Below are positions 22,528 through 51,553 of a DNA stretch of 64,000 nucleotides, piece by piece. Source of the stretch: Asterias rubens (taxonomy: Eukaryota). The first letter of the stretch is position 1, and each line of letters begins with the position of its first letter. The notes beneath the pieces are model-generated. The model saw only the letters and a list, made by a program, of their open reading frames with translations, searched no databases and had not been told where the DNA came from. Both the position numbers and the translations under genes were made by a program. The DNA lies in contig NC_047064.1 in the NCBI RefSeq assembly GCF_902459465.1, positions 22,010,001 to 22,074,000 on the forward strand. Direction: 5' to 3'.

Positions 22528-29296
<6,769 letters not shown>

Positions 29297-30061
29297 TTGA
29301 CCATAATCAATTAATTTGGCAATAGCTTGATTCAATACTCTTTTACTATTATTTAGATTTCTCTTCAGTATAATATTTTTTTCTTAAAGTTTTTGTTTGC
29401 CGTTCCCAGGAACTTGGCGATGGGCTCCGTGGACCTCCTTTCCCCACCAAGTGTCTCGTTCAATCCGGCCTGAGCGCTGTTATGACCGAGATAACATACC
29501 CGTCGAAGGTCCCAGGGTCCCCAGGTTCCCCATGGCATGGGTGTCGTCCAGTCAGCGCAGTCATTCAAGAAGAGTAGTCAGTCAATAAAGCAATGACTTT
29601 CTGTTGAAGATAGAACGTCATCATCTAAATAATTACGCCACTGTTTGGGATCTCCTGTGTTACGTATTTTATTGGATTTCTTTCAGTTGTTTTTTTTAGT
29701 ATAATGTAGATAGTTTGGAATTGGTTACTGCTTAAATAGTTTGTCACGAAGTGTAAATGCCGCAAACAAAATTGTCTTCAAACCAGAAAACATATTTTGG
29801 TAAAGTACTTTTTTTGAGACTCTTATTTTCGTCTGCGATGTTATAATGTCTGCTTAGTCTTTATTTTATTTTATGTCAAGATGTAGAAAAAGAGAAATTA
29901 TAACAAATGTTATCTATGAGCTATCTATCCTTTTACTGGGGTCTTCCTTAGGGTGTTAGTCAGAAAACCCGCCATCATGTAAAAGCCATTCAACATGTAT
30001 ACTGTAGTATAAAAAGAGATCACCACTTGACGAAACGGCGGCAGAAACGGTTCAACGTTAT

Positions 30062-30133
30062 GGCTAGATGACTCAGTTGGTATAAAGCGTCGCTACGTTA
30101 ATACGGATGTCGCAGGTGGAAGTCCAGCTCTAG
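30062..30133 (+). mobile_element. Decayed tRNA-like SINE head (not a functional tRNA)
   Basis: ggctagatgactcagttggta...ggtggaagtccagctctag; A-box-like start, broken T-arm. Confidence 0.45.
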
Positions 30134-30259
30134 GCAATTTCTCTTCTTCTTTTTATTGTATCCTAAATTATCTAAAATTTACCCCAGTCACTTTCTCTTG
30201 TGGTTTATTATTATGTAATAAACATAAATTACGTAACAACTCATAATTTATTCAGAACC

Positions 30260-30728
30260 TTAAAGACAGTGGACACTATTGGTAATTGTCAAAGACCAGT
30301 CTTCTCACTTGGTGTATCTAAACATATGCATAAAATAACAAACACCTGCAAATTTGAGCTCAATCGGTATCGAAATCAAGCATCTGAAAGCACACAACTT
30401 CGTGTGACAAGGGTGTTTTTTATTTTATTCATATCTCGCAACTTCGACGACCGATTGAGCTCAAATTGAGATATGAATGAAATAAAAAACACCCTTGTCA
30501 CACGAAGTTGTGTGCTTTCAGATGCTTGATTTCGTTACCTCAAATTCTAAACTTGAGGTCTCGAAATCAAATTTGTTGAAAATTACTTTTTTTTTTTCGA
30601 AAACTACGTCACTTCAGAGGGAGCCGTTTCTCACAATGTTTTATACTATCAACCATTACTCGTTACCAAGTAAGGTTTTATGCTAATAATTATTTTGAGT
30701 AATTACCAATAGTGTCCACTGCCTTTAA
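30260..30728 (+). mobile_element. MITE family A copy with an internal inverted duplication
   Basis: Both TIRs and TTAA present; 30370-30467 is an inverted copy of the element's own interior. Confidence 0.85.
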
Positions 30729-31137
30729 GGAGCTGTCTCTTTGCGCATCTGTGTGGAAAGAAGCTGCTCTAAATAAATACACCACTTTGACCCAACACGG
30801 TGTATAATACAACACAATTCCTCCTCATATGCATAACTCAATAAGATTATCTTCAAGTTGCCTCATCGCCTTGAGGATTTGTATTGAGTGTCGTCTAAAA
30901 TGTATTTGTATTTAATGTCCCATTATGAAACGGGCGACTTTGGTATGCCTACTCAGGCCCACAAGGGTTAGTATTAACAACATGTTGGTCCGAGACGCAA
31001 ACCAATGGCAGCAAAGAACCAAGCGGTCGAACTGTTTGTCTTGCATACACAGAAGGTTCAGACGAGGCTGATGGTAGCTCATTCTTGAAGAAAGGATCAT
31101 TTGATCAGGAGAGTTCACACAAGTAACATAATCAACC

Positions 31138-41827
<10,690 letters not shown>

Positions 41828-43020
41828 ACCAGGTGGACAGGTCCAGGGATGCACGAACTATATGATTGCCACAAAAACTACTTGTGTGTGATATAGTTAG
41901 TCAGTTAGTCAGTTAGTGTTAATGAAAATAAAGAAACTTTGACTGAAATTGGCCGGAAAACTCTATACTAACGTGAACAAGAAGGCATTCGCAAATAATC
42001 TTAAACACAAGGAAATCAAATAATTTTAGGTTCTAAGTATTTTTCGCATGACATTACCTTGGTCTCGATGTTTAAAACTAAAACACGAATTCCGAGTACG
42101 TTTATTTTATTTGGGTTTAAATCGGATTGTGCGTCAGTTGACCCAGTTTCAGGTCAGTTACAAACCGTTTCCGTGTCATGATGACCACGAAACGGGTCAG
42201 GCCCCCTGCAGGACCGGAGTCAAGTATCAATTCCTTCATGTGAATTTAGAGTTTGAATTTACTTCTTATGTTGTTCAAGATGTAACGAACCCCATCAACA
42301 TCGCAAGATATTGATATTAGTATCGAGTGATTGTATTGAATTTTTATTATGAAATTTATTTTTTTAAATTTTTATTTTAAAAGCTCTTTTTACAGTAATT
42401 AGTTTTAGAAATATCTAGAGTTTGTGTGCAAATTACACTATATGCGAATAAATAATGTCAAATGTATTGTAGTTTAAAAAGTTTTAACAATTCATTGTAG
42501 AGTAAAAAGTTGTAATAAAAGATGATTGTGTGACTGTTATGTGATTGTGTTCGCAGATTATGGAAGTCATTTTGTAGGACTACTGTTCAATTTTCTCATA
42601 CCGAACCCAAAATTGAGTACAACAAATTCAGTTTGAACAAAATCTAGGTCAAAATGGAGCAAAATCAAAACTCCCAAACCTTGTACCATTATATTTGCTC
42701 AGTAATATTCAGAGAAGGCACAATTCAAATAATCAATTACCCATAGTGTTAAAATAGGGGAAAGCAATTTCTTTAAAAATACTACTTTAAGAAGTTTGCT
42801 TAATAACTTGTCTGAAGGGATCAGTGCAAAGCACCAATCGCCTGCAAAAACTTCACCACACAAGTTAAATGCCAACTTGTTTATGTCCTGACCCTTAAGG
42901 CATTATGCTTGGGGTAATAACACGAGACAATTTCCCCGGCCCAATGTGTCTTTTTGTATTGATGTGTTGAGTCTGATTACAAATCAATAAAAGTATGTGG
43001 AATATGTTGAACCTACAAAA

Positions 43021-43125
43021 GGAGTCTTCTGGAGTCTTCTGGAGTCTTCTGGAGTCTTCTGGAGTCTTCTGGAGTCTTCTGTAGTCTTCTGGAGTCTTCT
43101 GGAGTCTTCTGGAGTCTTCTGGAGT
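43021..43125 (+). repeat. Tandem 10-mer (GGAGTCTTCT) x ~10.5
   Basis: Ten copies (one GTAG variant) plus a partial copy. Confidence 0.95.
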
Positions 43126-44418
43126 TTTTAACGTGCCATGTACAAGACAGCATAAACTGGGTGAAATTTGCTTTAAGATTTTGTGTTGTGCTTTTTAATA
43201 ATAAAACTGCATAAACATTCTTAGAATAACTGGTTTTTCAGAAAGGTTAGAACACTCAGTACACTAAATATGAAAATTGCTGAAATATCCAAACACATTA
43301 TTTTTTATTGCTATCATTATTATTATTAATATATTTTTATTTTTTATTCTACCAACATTCAAACCAGAAGCAAGAATACAAACATTGCCACTACACTTCA
43401 TTTTCTATGGAGCTCTGAAAGTACCATCTGACTCATTGAGATCCCGAGATATTTTTCAGCAAGTTACGACTTAGCCCTAAATATATATTTCGACAACCTG
43501 ACGGCAGGATGTCGGCTTCCAGAGAAAATTTATATCGGGAAGTTGACATCTTAACTAAGGTGTCATTCCGAGACTACGTTCATGACGCCCATTCTGCAGT
43601 AAATTATCTCAGGGTCTCAACTGTTCGATGGCACTGCCAGAGCTCCGTATTTTTTTCAAAAAAAGGAAACGATCCGGACCCAATTTGGCTCTCCTTACCG
43701 TAGGCAAAAAATCGGCGTTTGCGAAAGTAGGGAATTATGTGCTTACTGCTAGCGTATTTCATGGCTTAGCACGGTATTTTGTCCCGTGTGCGTGCGTAAT
43801 CCACTGTCGTTATGCATTCTTCGCTTACAAAGCTAGCGCAGAAACTCGGCACTTGCACGTAAGCAGCGAATGGTGAGCGTAAGCGCAGAATTCGGCGGTA
43901 AGCAGAGCCGTGTTGTTGGGCCCAGATCAGCCTAAAGCAAACATTCTTCGATACAGCTCGGTCAATAAACATGGTATTCCACTATTGCCCTAAAACTAAT
44001 TAATGAAAATGTGTGCATGCACTGAGAAGAGGCTGCGCTTAGACCCGTGAGTACCAACCGTTCGAACAAGCGGTTCGGAATGCTAAATTCATTGTGAACT
44101 TTTCGAGTCCAATGGATTGTGTTCCAACCAAAATGGAGGTCGGTGACGTCAGCCTTGCCATGGATTGGATGCGGTGTTGAGATAAAAGGTAAGTGTTCAT
44201 CATGATGACACGTTAATACAAGAGATACAAAAGTCACCACTTTGCTAACATGCTATATGGCTTCTAATTGGACTTATATATCACATGTAATCATTTGAGT
44301 AAGACTCCCTAGGCTACAGGCAAAAAGAAGGGAGCTCATTGGCCCATCCTGTGCGCCGCACATACAAGGATGGACGTTCTCCATTGTTGCGTGACCGTTT
44401 TACCTCTAAGACGTCGGT

Positions 44419-44544
44419 GTGTTGAATTCAATGGTCTATTGCTATTTGTAGTGTTGAATTCAATGGTCTATTGCTATTTGTAGTGTTGAATTCAATGGTC
44501 TATTGCTATTTGTAGTGTTGAATTCAATGGTCTATTGCTATTTA
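44419..44544 (+). repeat. 32-bp minisatellite x ~4 (gtgttgaattcaatggtctattgctatttgta)
   Basis: Copies start at 44419, 44451, 44483, 44515; no spacers. Confidence 0.95.
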
Positions 44545-44738
44545 TACGAATGAACTATGAATGTTTGGATTTACAACTGCAGTCAAATACAAGCTGAAGC
44601 AATACTTATATTAAAAAAATAGTGAAAATATACAGTTACAATAATTGTCTTGATTTGGTGCACTGACAAAACATAATCATGTGCAATCACCAATAGAAAA
44701 GCTAACACTACATGTCACTTGTCTTGCCTTTGATTATT

Positions 44739-45479
44739 TTACAGTTCAAAGAAGGAGCAGCCCTCCATGTTCTTGAAATCAGTGACGTCAGCCTCCAGGC
44801 GGGATGCGTTGTTAAGCTGACATATCTTACCCTGCTTCCAGAGATTGAAGGAGTGGCATCTAGGCTCCGCCCAGCACGCCTGACCACACCCAATGACTCC
44901 CTTGGCTGTCAGGTTCTTGATGTCATGGTTGAGCAGACACTGGGATGTGAAGCGACCGTCATCGTCAGCTGCCAGGCAGTGTATGGGATGAGGGACGCGC
45001 ATCTCACAAGCGGCAAAATTGATATCCGAACAAAGGCGATCTACCCATTCACCATTTTGTTCTTGTCGCATTATGATGCAGTGCTCGTCTTAATCATCAT
45101 AATTGTTGTTATTCCAATTAGTGTAGTAAGAATCGACTTTCTTACCAGGACAGGACAGTTGTGAAGGATTGGTCAATTTTTTTTTGCACCCAATCCAAAG
45201 AAAAAAATCGGGGTCCATGAGACCCTTTTGTGTTCTCGATGCAGTCACTTCTCGCCAAATAAAATCTTGTTCTTTTTTAGATTCAGGCATAGCCATGGCG
45301 CTTCCAGGACGATCACACACCCTGAAGGCATCAGTCCAATTCATCTTCCGAGGTAGCAATATGTAACAGGAGTCTTGCCAAGTCAACCAGCCGGGAGGAC
45401 ACATGGCTTGAAGCCCCACAAAGAAAACGGCGAAAAGTAGCAAGAATGATTTCTTAATACAAGCTGTAAATACCAACAT
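44739..45479 (-). pseudogene. Intronless C-type lectin + PAN/apple gene, copy A, with one in-frame nonsense codon
   Basis: Track ORFs 45090-45479 and 44739-45071 share one frame; TAA at 45090-45092 aligns with AAA (Lys) in copy B. CPPGWLTWQDSCY, WIGC, NGEW..C...FAACE, then PAN-type C..AC....C.SFN...CQLN. Confidence 0.8.
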
Positions 45480-45650
45480 ACTGATATTATAAATTGTAGG
45501 TAATTTTCAAGTGGACAGTAAAATATGACAAATCAAAAGTCAGAAGCTCTCGTTTCTCAATTTAGTCTTTGAATGTAGCCAAGTTCAGCCTGATGAGCTA
45601 GTGCCGTCGTCACAATTTTGAAGATTGTGTGCCGAGTTGATCGCTTGTGA

Positions 45651-45657
45651 TTTTATA
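45651..45657 (-). promoter_or_regulatory. Candidate TATA box of lectin copy A (matching site at 48574-48580 in copy B)
   Basis: TATAAAA on the - strand ~170 bp upstream of each ATG, conserved in both duplicated flanks. Confidence 0.35.
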
Positions 45658-47657
45658 CAATGCATGCACCCGCAGTACGTCCGTTATAACAAAACAATAT
45701 AACAAAGGCCTAATTTTCCTTCTGACGCTAGGATGAGCAATTTGTTACCTACATCTCGTAATCCATAAAAAGACGTGGAATAAAATTACCTCATAATATA
45801 CTCTCCATTATTTACTCTTGGTTGCTAAGTTGCCAATTAGGGCCTACCTTTATCGCCATGGTGGTGTAAATTTATAATTCAGTTCGCAACTCATGGCTAA
45901 AACTGCTAAAAATAGAGCTAAAATTCAGACAAATTAATTGTAAGCAATAGGAAATGTTGCAGTGACAGTGCCGTCGTGCCTAAAGATGGAAGCTGGTTTG
46001 CAATTGTTGATACAGAAAGAAGGCAACATCTACTCTGAGACAACCTCGTTAAAATTGGTCCCCATTGTTTGAAAACAGAGTACTAGATTAAAATGATTCG
46101 GAAAATATTTGTTTCAGTCTGAAAGCACTGCTCAGGAAGTTGAAATAAGTATATTTATCTTTCCAATGTCGAAGGTCGGTAGCTAGCCCTGTCTTTACTA
46201 CAGATATTTTCATTGTGCCATAGTGTGTATACGACATGGTTTTTCTCCTATCAGAATGTTTGGACATGAAACCAGACTTTTTCACATCCAAACGCTCTTG
46301 CTTTGCTGACAATAGAACAGAAATCTTTAGTCTGCATACTGCATCTGTTTGGAACTCCTCGCCTGGTTCATTGTCCCTCAATCTTACAACAAAGACAGTT
46401 TAAGAAAGGAATATCGATGGCTGATACAAACATGCAAAGACAAATATGGTTTATTGTTTTGTCAGAAACCACATGTGCAAATCATCACTAATAACCGGGC
46501 TAACTAATGTAGATAACAGATGTCTTGACATGCCTTAACAGTATGAGATCATTATGAATTACGTACATCAGTAATTAACCGAAAAACCAGTAACTTTTAT
46601 TATAACAATAATTTAACTGTTAACATTCTTCATGATTGTCTACGTGACGGTTATGAAGACACCCCACAGAGTTTACTTATTTTTCCTTTAAATGTACTAT
46701 TTTCTTTCATTTGTAAACGTATTATTTACCTTACCTTTTATCCTTCCGCCAACTCAGTTCGTTTTAGAAACGTTTATTTATGCAAATCAACCTGTTAACA
46801 CTTGCGCCCTCGTATGCTTCACGTTCACATTTCACTCACTTTCAAATTATATTCAAGAGAGAACACACAACATAACGGACTCTGTTCTCTCCTATTTTCC
46901 AGAATAAATAATTGTGAACGGCAAAGCTATTCTCCTCAGTATCCCTTCTTATCGACTCTAACAACATCCTGGTCACATCTACATTAATACAACTAATATA
47001 ATAGTATCATTAATTCTAATTCAAACACAATGAAATTAAAGATGGAACCGATAACTTCTTGACAATGGATAACATTTATTTTGAACAAGAGATCAGTGAG
47101 ATTACTACAAAGGCTGAAATATCACGTGTAATGGTAGACCCATGACGTCACACACTAAAACAGCGCCCTCATAGAGGCAAAAAGAGACAGGTGCGTAAAG
47201 ACTAGACTGGTCCCTTGTCTTTCCGCAAGGATAAAGACAGGTACTTGTAGTTGATTTTCAGAACCAGTGATTTAAGTTGAAACAATGATTTCATTGGGTA
47301 AACGTGCGTTGACGTAAGCTTTACCCTGTTTGATTGGTCCGGGGTGATGTGGGTGCAGTTGACAAAACATCACCACGGTGTCGGACCAATGAAAACACAG
47401 ATATGGGACGCTTTGTACTGACTACACTGATATTAGTATGTTTAAAAATCAAATTTAATGTCAATTATTTACGCAGGTATTTGCAATTAAACTGTCTTTC
47501 GCCTCACTCAGATGGAACACGCAATTTCACTAAATGCCTTTGTTTTAGTGATGACCTACCAATTATTTTGAAGGAAAAAAACGAATGTTAAAAGAAAGAA
47601 TCTACTTTGAATTCTACTGAAAACTTGGTCATGCCCCTTTATACGTGGATGCTCATT

Positions 47658-48404
47658 TTAGAGTTCAACAGAGGAGCAGCCATCTATGTTCTTGAAATCA
47701 GTGACGTCCGCCTCCAGGCGGGATGCGTTGTTAAGCTGACATATCTTACCCTGCTTCCAGAGATTGAAGGAGTGGCATCGAGGCTCCGCCCAGCACGCCT
47801 GACCACACCCAATGACTCCCTTGGCTGTCAGGTTCTTGATGTCATGGTTGAGCAGACACTGGTATGTGAAGCGACCGTCATCGTCAGCTGCCAGGCAGTG
47901 TATGGGATGAGGGACGCGCATCTCACAAGCAGCAAAATGGGTAATGGAACAGTCTTGATCTGCCCATTTACCATTGTATATTTGTTGCATTCTGATGCAG
48001 TCCTCGTCTTTAGCATCGTAATAGCCTCTATACCAATTAGTGTAGTCAGAATCAACATTCTTACCAGGACATGATAGCTGTGAAGGATTGGTCTTTTCTT
48101 TTTTGCACCCAATCCAAATAACAATAAAGTCATTGGCATCCACGAGACTCTGATGTACACTCGATGTAGACATTTCTCGCCAAATAAAATCTTGTTCTGT
48201 TTGAGACTCAGGCATAGCAATGGCACTTCCAGGACGATCACAAGCCCTGAATGCATCAGTCCAATTCATCTTCTGAGGCAGTAAGATGTAACGGGAGTCT
48301 TGCAAAGTCACACAGCCGGGAGGACACATGGCTCGATTCCCAACAAAGAAAACGGCGAAAAATAGCAAGAATGATTTCTTTATACAAGCTGTAAATACCA
48401 ACAT
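47658..48404 (-). CDS. Intronless secreted C-type lectin domain + PAN/apple domain protein, copy B, 248 aa
   Basis: Single ORF: hydrophobic leader (SFLLFFAVFFVG), CTLD (MNWTDAFRAC, WIGC, C..M...NGKWAD.DC...FAACE), then PAN (CGQACWAEPRCHSFNL...CQLN). Confidence 0.88.
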   Translation of the reverse strand: MLVFTACIKKSFLLFFAVFFVGNRAMCPPGCVTLQDSRYILLPQKMNWTDAFRACDRPGSAIAMPESQTEQDFIWREMSTSSVHQSLVDANDFIVIWIGCKKEKTNPSQLSCPGKNVDSDYTNWYRGYYDAKDEDCIRMQQIYNGKWADQDCSITHFAACEMRVPHPIHCLAADDDGRFTYQCLLNHDIKNLTAKGVIGCGQACWAEPRCHSFNLWKQGKICQLNNASRLEADVTDFKNIDGCSSVEL

Positions 48405-49019
48405 ACTGGTATTTTAAATTGTATTCACTTTTCTAGTGTAAAGCAAAATGTGTTAAATTAAAAGTCAGAAGCTCTTTTTTCAATTCAGTCTTTGAATGTA
48501 GCCAAGTTCAGCCTGATACACTAGTGCGTTCAACACAATTTTGAAGATTGTGTGCCGTGTTGATCGCTATTGATTTTATACACTGCATGCATCCGCAGTT
48601 ATGTCCGTTATAACAAGGCCCCTAATGTTCTTAAGATGCTGGGATGATCAATGTTAACCTCAATCACGTTATCCACAAAGACGTGGATTAAAATGACCTT
48701 ATATTATACTACCCATACCCTTGGTTGCTATGTTTCCATCGACATGGCCGTGTGATTTTATAATTCAGGTCGCAAGTCATGGCTAAAAATTGTTACTAAT
48801 AGAGAAAATTCAGAACAAATGTAAGCATATTATAATATAAAATATGTTGCAATGACAGTGACGTCGTGCCGAAAGATGAAAGCTGGTGCTGCAAAAATCG
48901 ATCCTTCATTTTTTTTATGAAGGAATATAAAGGCAACATCTATGCCGCGACAACCTCGTTCAAATTGGTGCCTGTTGTTTGATAACAACGTACTGGTTTA
49001 ACATGATTGGACAACTATT

Positions 49020-49370
49020 TTTTGTTTCAGTCTGGCAGCACTGCTCAGAAAGTTTAAATTAGCATATTTGTCTTTCTAATGTCACATGTCTGCAGCCAGC
49101 CTCTGTCTTTACTACATATATTTTCATGGTAAAATGTGCCATGGTGTGTCCGACCTGGTTCCTCCTATCAGGATGTTGAGCATGAAACCAGACTTTCTGA
49201 TTCTTCTCATCCATTCACTCTCCCTTTCCTGAGATGTAGAACAAAGCGCCATACAAACAGCTTTATTTCACGTACTGCATATTATCTTTGGAACCCCCTG
49301 CCTGGTACATGTTTCCCTCGATCCTATTATCTAGACTTTTAGTGTTTTAAGAGGAATGATGATGGCAGGA
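49020..49370 (+). mobile_element. Old degenerate CR1/L2-group LINE 3' fragment upstream of lectin B (paralogous relic ~46130-46410 upstream of lectin A)
   Basis: Broken translations ..AASLCLYYIYFHG.. and HPFTL..RT....SFISRTA..LWNPLP...FP..Y resemble non-LTR RT C-termini; both copies decayed. Confidence 0.55.
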
Positions 49371-49536
49371 GTTGAGATAAAAGCAGTATAAACATGCAAA
49401 GATAAGTCAACTCGTTCTATTGGCAGAAACCACACGTAAACATTTCCTTTGAAATCCGTGCTAATTAATATATGAAGATAACCAAGTTCCTGACAAGCCT
49501 TGACATTTTAAATTCCGTACATCATGAATGAGCTAA

Positions 49537-49664
49537 GGCCGTGTCCGAAATGGCGACTTCGGCTACAGCTACGGCTAGATCGCGCGCGTCTGCTATCCTT
49601 CAACACTGGTAGACGCGCTGATCTAGACGTAGCTGTAGCCGAAGTCGTCGTTTCGGACACGGCC
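49537..49664. mobile_element. Small PIF/Harbinger-type MITE with TAA target duplication
   Basis: taa|ggccgtgtccgaaa...tttcggacacggcc|taa; near-palindromic; related decayed copy at ~4700-4820. Confidence 0.8.
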
Positions 49665-50319
49665 TAATACAAATACTTTTTATTAACAATTTGTTATTTT
49701 ATTAACAATTTGCATGATAGTGCGCTTGTTCTTTGTTATGTGCCATCGAAGCAAAAATGCAGTAAATGTGAACGCACAATCTGCTGATCAGCGCACAAAC
49801 TGCGAGCGTCATGTGCGTCATGATTAAATGGCGCGTTTACTTTTTTTTAATACGGCAATCAAGTCGAAGTTACGGTGTTTGTAGCGCGGACGTACGCGAG
49901 TGGACAGTTGCGTACGGATACGCACACGCTGAATGTAAAATAATCGCGGCAATGTGTGTTCTCTTAAAATTCCGAATTCACGCAACACACCAAACATGTC
50001 TGCGCTCAGGGTGGCTTCAAAACGCAGAGCAAGTTAGCGCTCTAGTCAATATATATAGCTCTATGCGCAGCATCCATCCAGTTCAAGCTGTTTTCAAATA
50101 ATGGTGCTGTGTTGATTTCTATGTCAAGGAATATTACAAAGCACAAAGGGCGGCATTGTCTGCTTTATTCCCAATTCGTTGCTAGGTGAAGTATTGGTTA
50201 AGGCTTGGCCCACAGAATTTCTTGGCCTTTCCTTTGTTTGCGTAAAAACACTGTTCTAATGTTTAGACTGTTACCCTTCACACGACGCAAACAGTTGGTT
50301 TGCCATCTAAAAGAGAAGG

Positions 50320-50510
50320 GGTTCGCCCCGGTGTTCGTGGCTGTGGCTGCTTAATGCGCCTTGTAAACCCGTATAGGGTGCCAACTAATTGGGTTTCAGA
50401 ATTCATCACTGCAATAACCTTTCTGAACGTTTGTATATTATACTCAGCGCCTTGAGTACTTTGTTTGGTAGATACGTGTGCTATATAAGACTTCGATATT
50501 ATTATATTAT
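50320..50510 (+). mobile_element. 3' half of a second SINE type
   Basis: aagagaaggggttcgccccggtgttc... cagcgccttgag...gtgctatataagac then (tat)n tail. Confidence 0.6.
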
Positions 50511-50716
50511 TAAAGGTTAGTTATAAAAACTGCCCTTTGCGCCAGTGATTTTGTGGAGTGCTAAGCTCTAGCTTTTACACGCGTCTGTCGCGCTCTTTAT
50601 TTCGGGAGTCAATTCCAGATGTTTGAAGCGGTTTAAAAAAACTGCGTTGCGTAAAGTGTGCATCAATCTATTAACCCACTGAGTATGCCATTATATCCTA
50701 GTAAAGGATAAATGCG

Positions 50717-51068
50717 TAATATTTATAATATTTGAGTTTATATAGCGCTTTTTCACTCCCGAATGGGTGTCTCAAAGCGCTTCAAATTATTACCCCTGGT
50801 CACTGGGCCTTAATTCACTCCTTAAACCATCTCAGCTCCCTGGGGAGTATACAGCCTCGTGCAACAAATGCGCTACTCGGCTAAATCAATCACAAGAACC
50901 ATCTCTGCCCTCACAGGTCCCCATTTACCCCTGGGTCGAGAGAAGCAAAAATGGTTAAGTGTCTTGCTCAGGGACACAAGTGTCACGACCGGGATTCGAA
51001 CCCACACACTGCTGAACAGAATCAGCAGAGCTTGAATTCGGTGCTCTTAACCGCTCGGCCACGACACC
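50717..51068 (-). mobile_element. Full-length tRNA-derived SINE with an L2-like 3' tail
   Basis: - strand: gtcgtggccgagcggttaagagcacc (A box) ... ggttcgaatccc (B box), gtgtccctgagcaagacacttaacc, central domain, tail aagcgctttgagacac...aagcgctatataaa. Confidence 0.85.
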
Positions 51069-51206
51069 CCTCTTTTTACAGGTTTGTTTAAAGGGCGGTT
51101 GCTTTAATAACATTATAATTATGTCCATGTTATGGCGTCATCCTCTTTTTACAGGTTTGTTTAAAGGGCGGTTGCTTTAATAACATTATAATTATGTCCA
51201 TGTTAT
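51069..51206 (+). repeat. ~65-bp direct duplication next to the SINE head
   Basis: cctctttttacaggtttgtttaaagggcggttgctttaataacattataattatgtccatgttat occurs twice. Confidence 0.9.
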
Positions 51207-51553
51207 CTTCATAAGTCTATAACTGCAGGACTTTGCGCACTAACATTTACATTGAAGTAAGATTGTTGCTTTGAGAGGCGTTATGAACGTTTGTAACATG
51301 ACTCATCTTTGTGTGATGTCCTGCTCACTGTACTGCGTCAAAGCCAGTCAGTCAACAAGGAAAATATTACCAAGGGCTTAATTATGCAAGCGGTTAGTTT
51401 CAATGGGTGCAATGGATTTGAAGGAAACAGTAAAATCAAAGTGCAAATTTACTACACTATCTGTGGTGCGGCTGTAATCAATTTTAAACTAGTGCCGTTT
51501 TTAAGCAATGGCCAATGATTAACCAATGGCCAATAAGTAACCATTGGCCATTA

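Larger units (their letters stand above)
44700..49530 (-). repeat. Tandem segmental duplication carrying the lectin-PAN gene, its promoter and an old LINE fragment (~44700-46560 vs ~47620-49520)
   Basis: Coding and upstream non-coding sequence align collinearly at ~2.9 kb offset (e.g. gtctttgaatgtagccaagttcagcctgat, ggcaacatcta...gacaacctcgtt, aaacatgcaaaga). Confidence 0.85.

Noticed and set aside
30062-30133. tRNA-like sequence
   Set aside because: T-arm and acceptor stem are broken; consistent with a decayed SINE head.
44419-44544. 32-bp repeat with an internal palindrome (TTGAATTCAA), CRISPR-like in length
   Set aside because: Copies are contiguous with no spacers, no cas genes, eukaryotic context; ordinary minisatellite.
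47607-48074. 150-155 aa + strand ORFs (also 44712-45164)
   Set aside because: Antisense shadows of the lectin-PAN coding sequence; no independent motifs.
51505-51552. Cluster of CCAAT/ATTGG boxes upstream of gene 5
   Set aside because: Abuts an L2 fragment, is absent from the gene 6 duplicate and lies ~700 bp from the start codon; no support for function.
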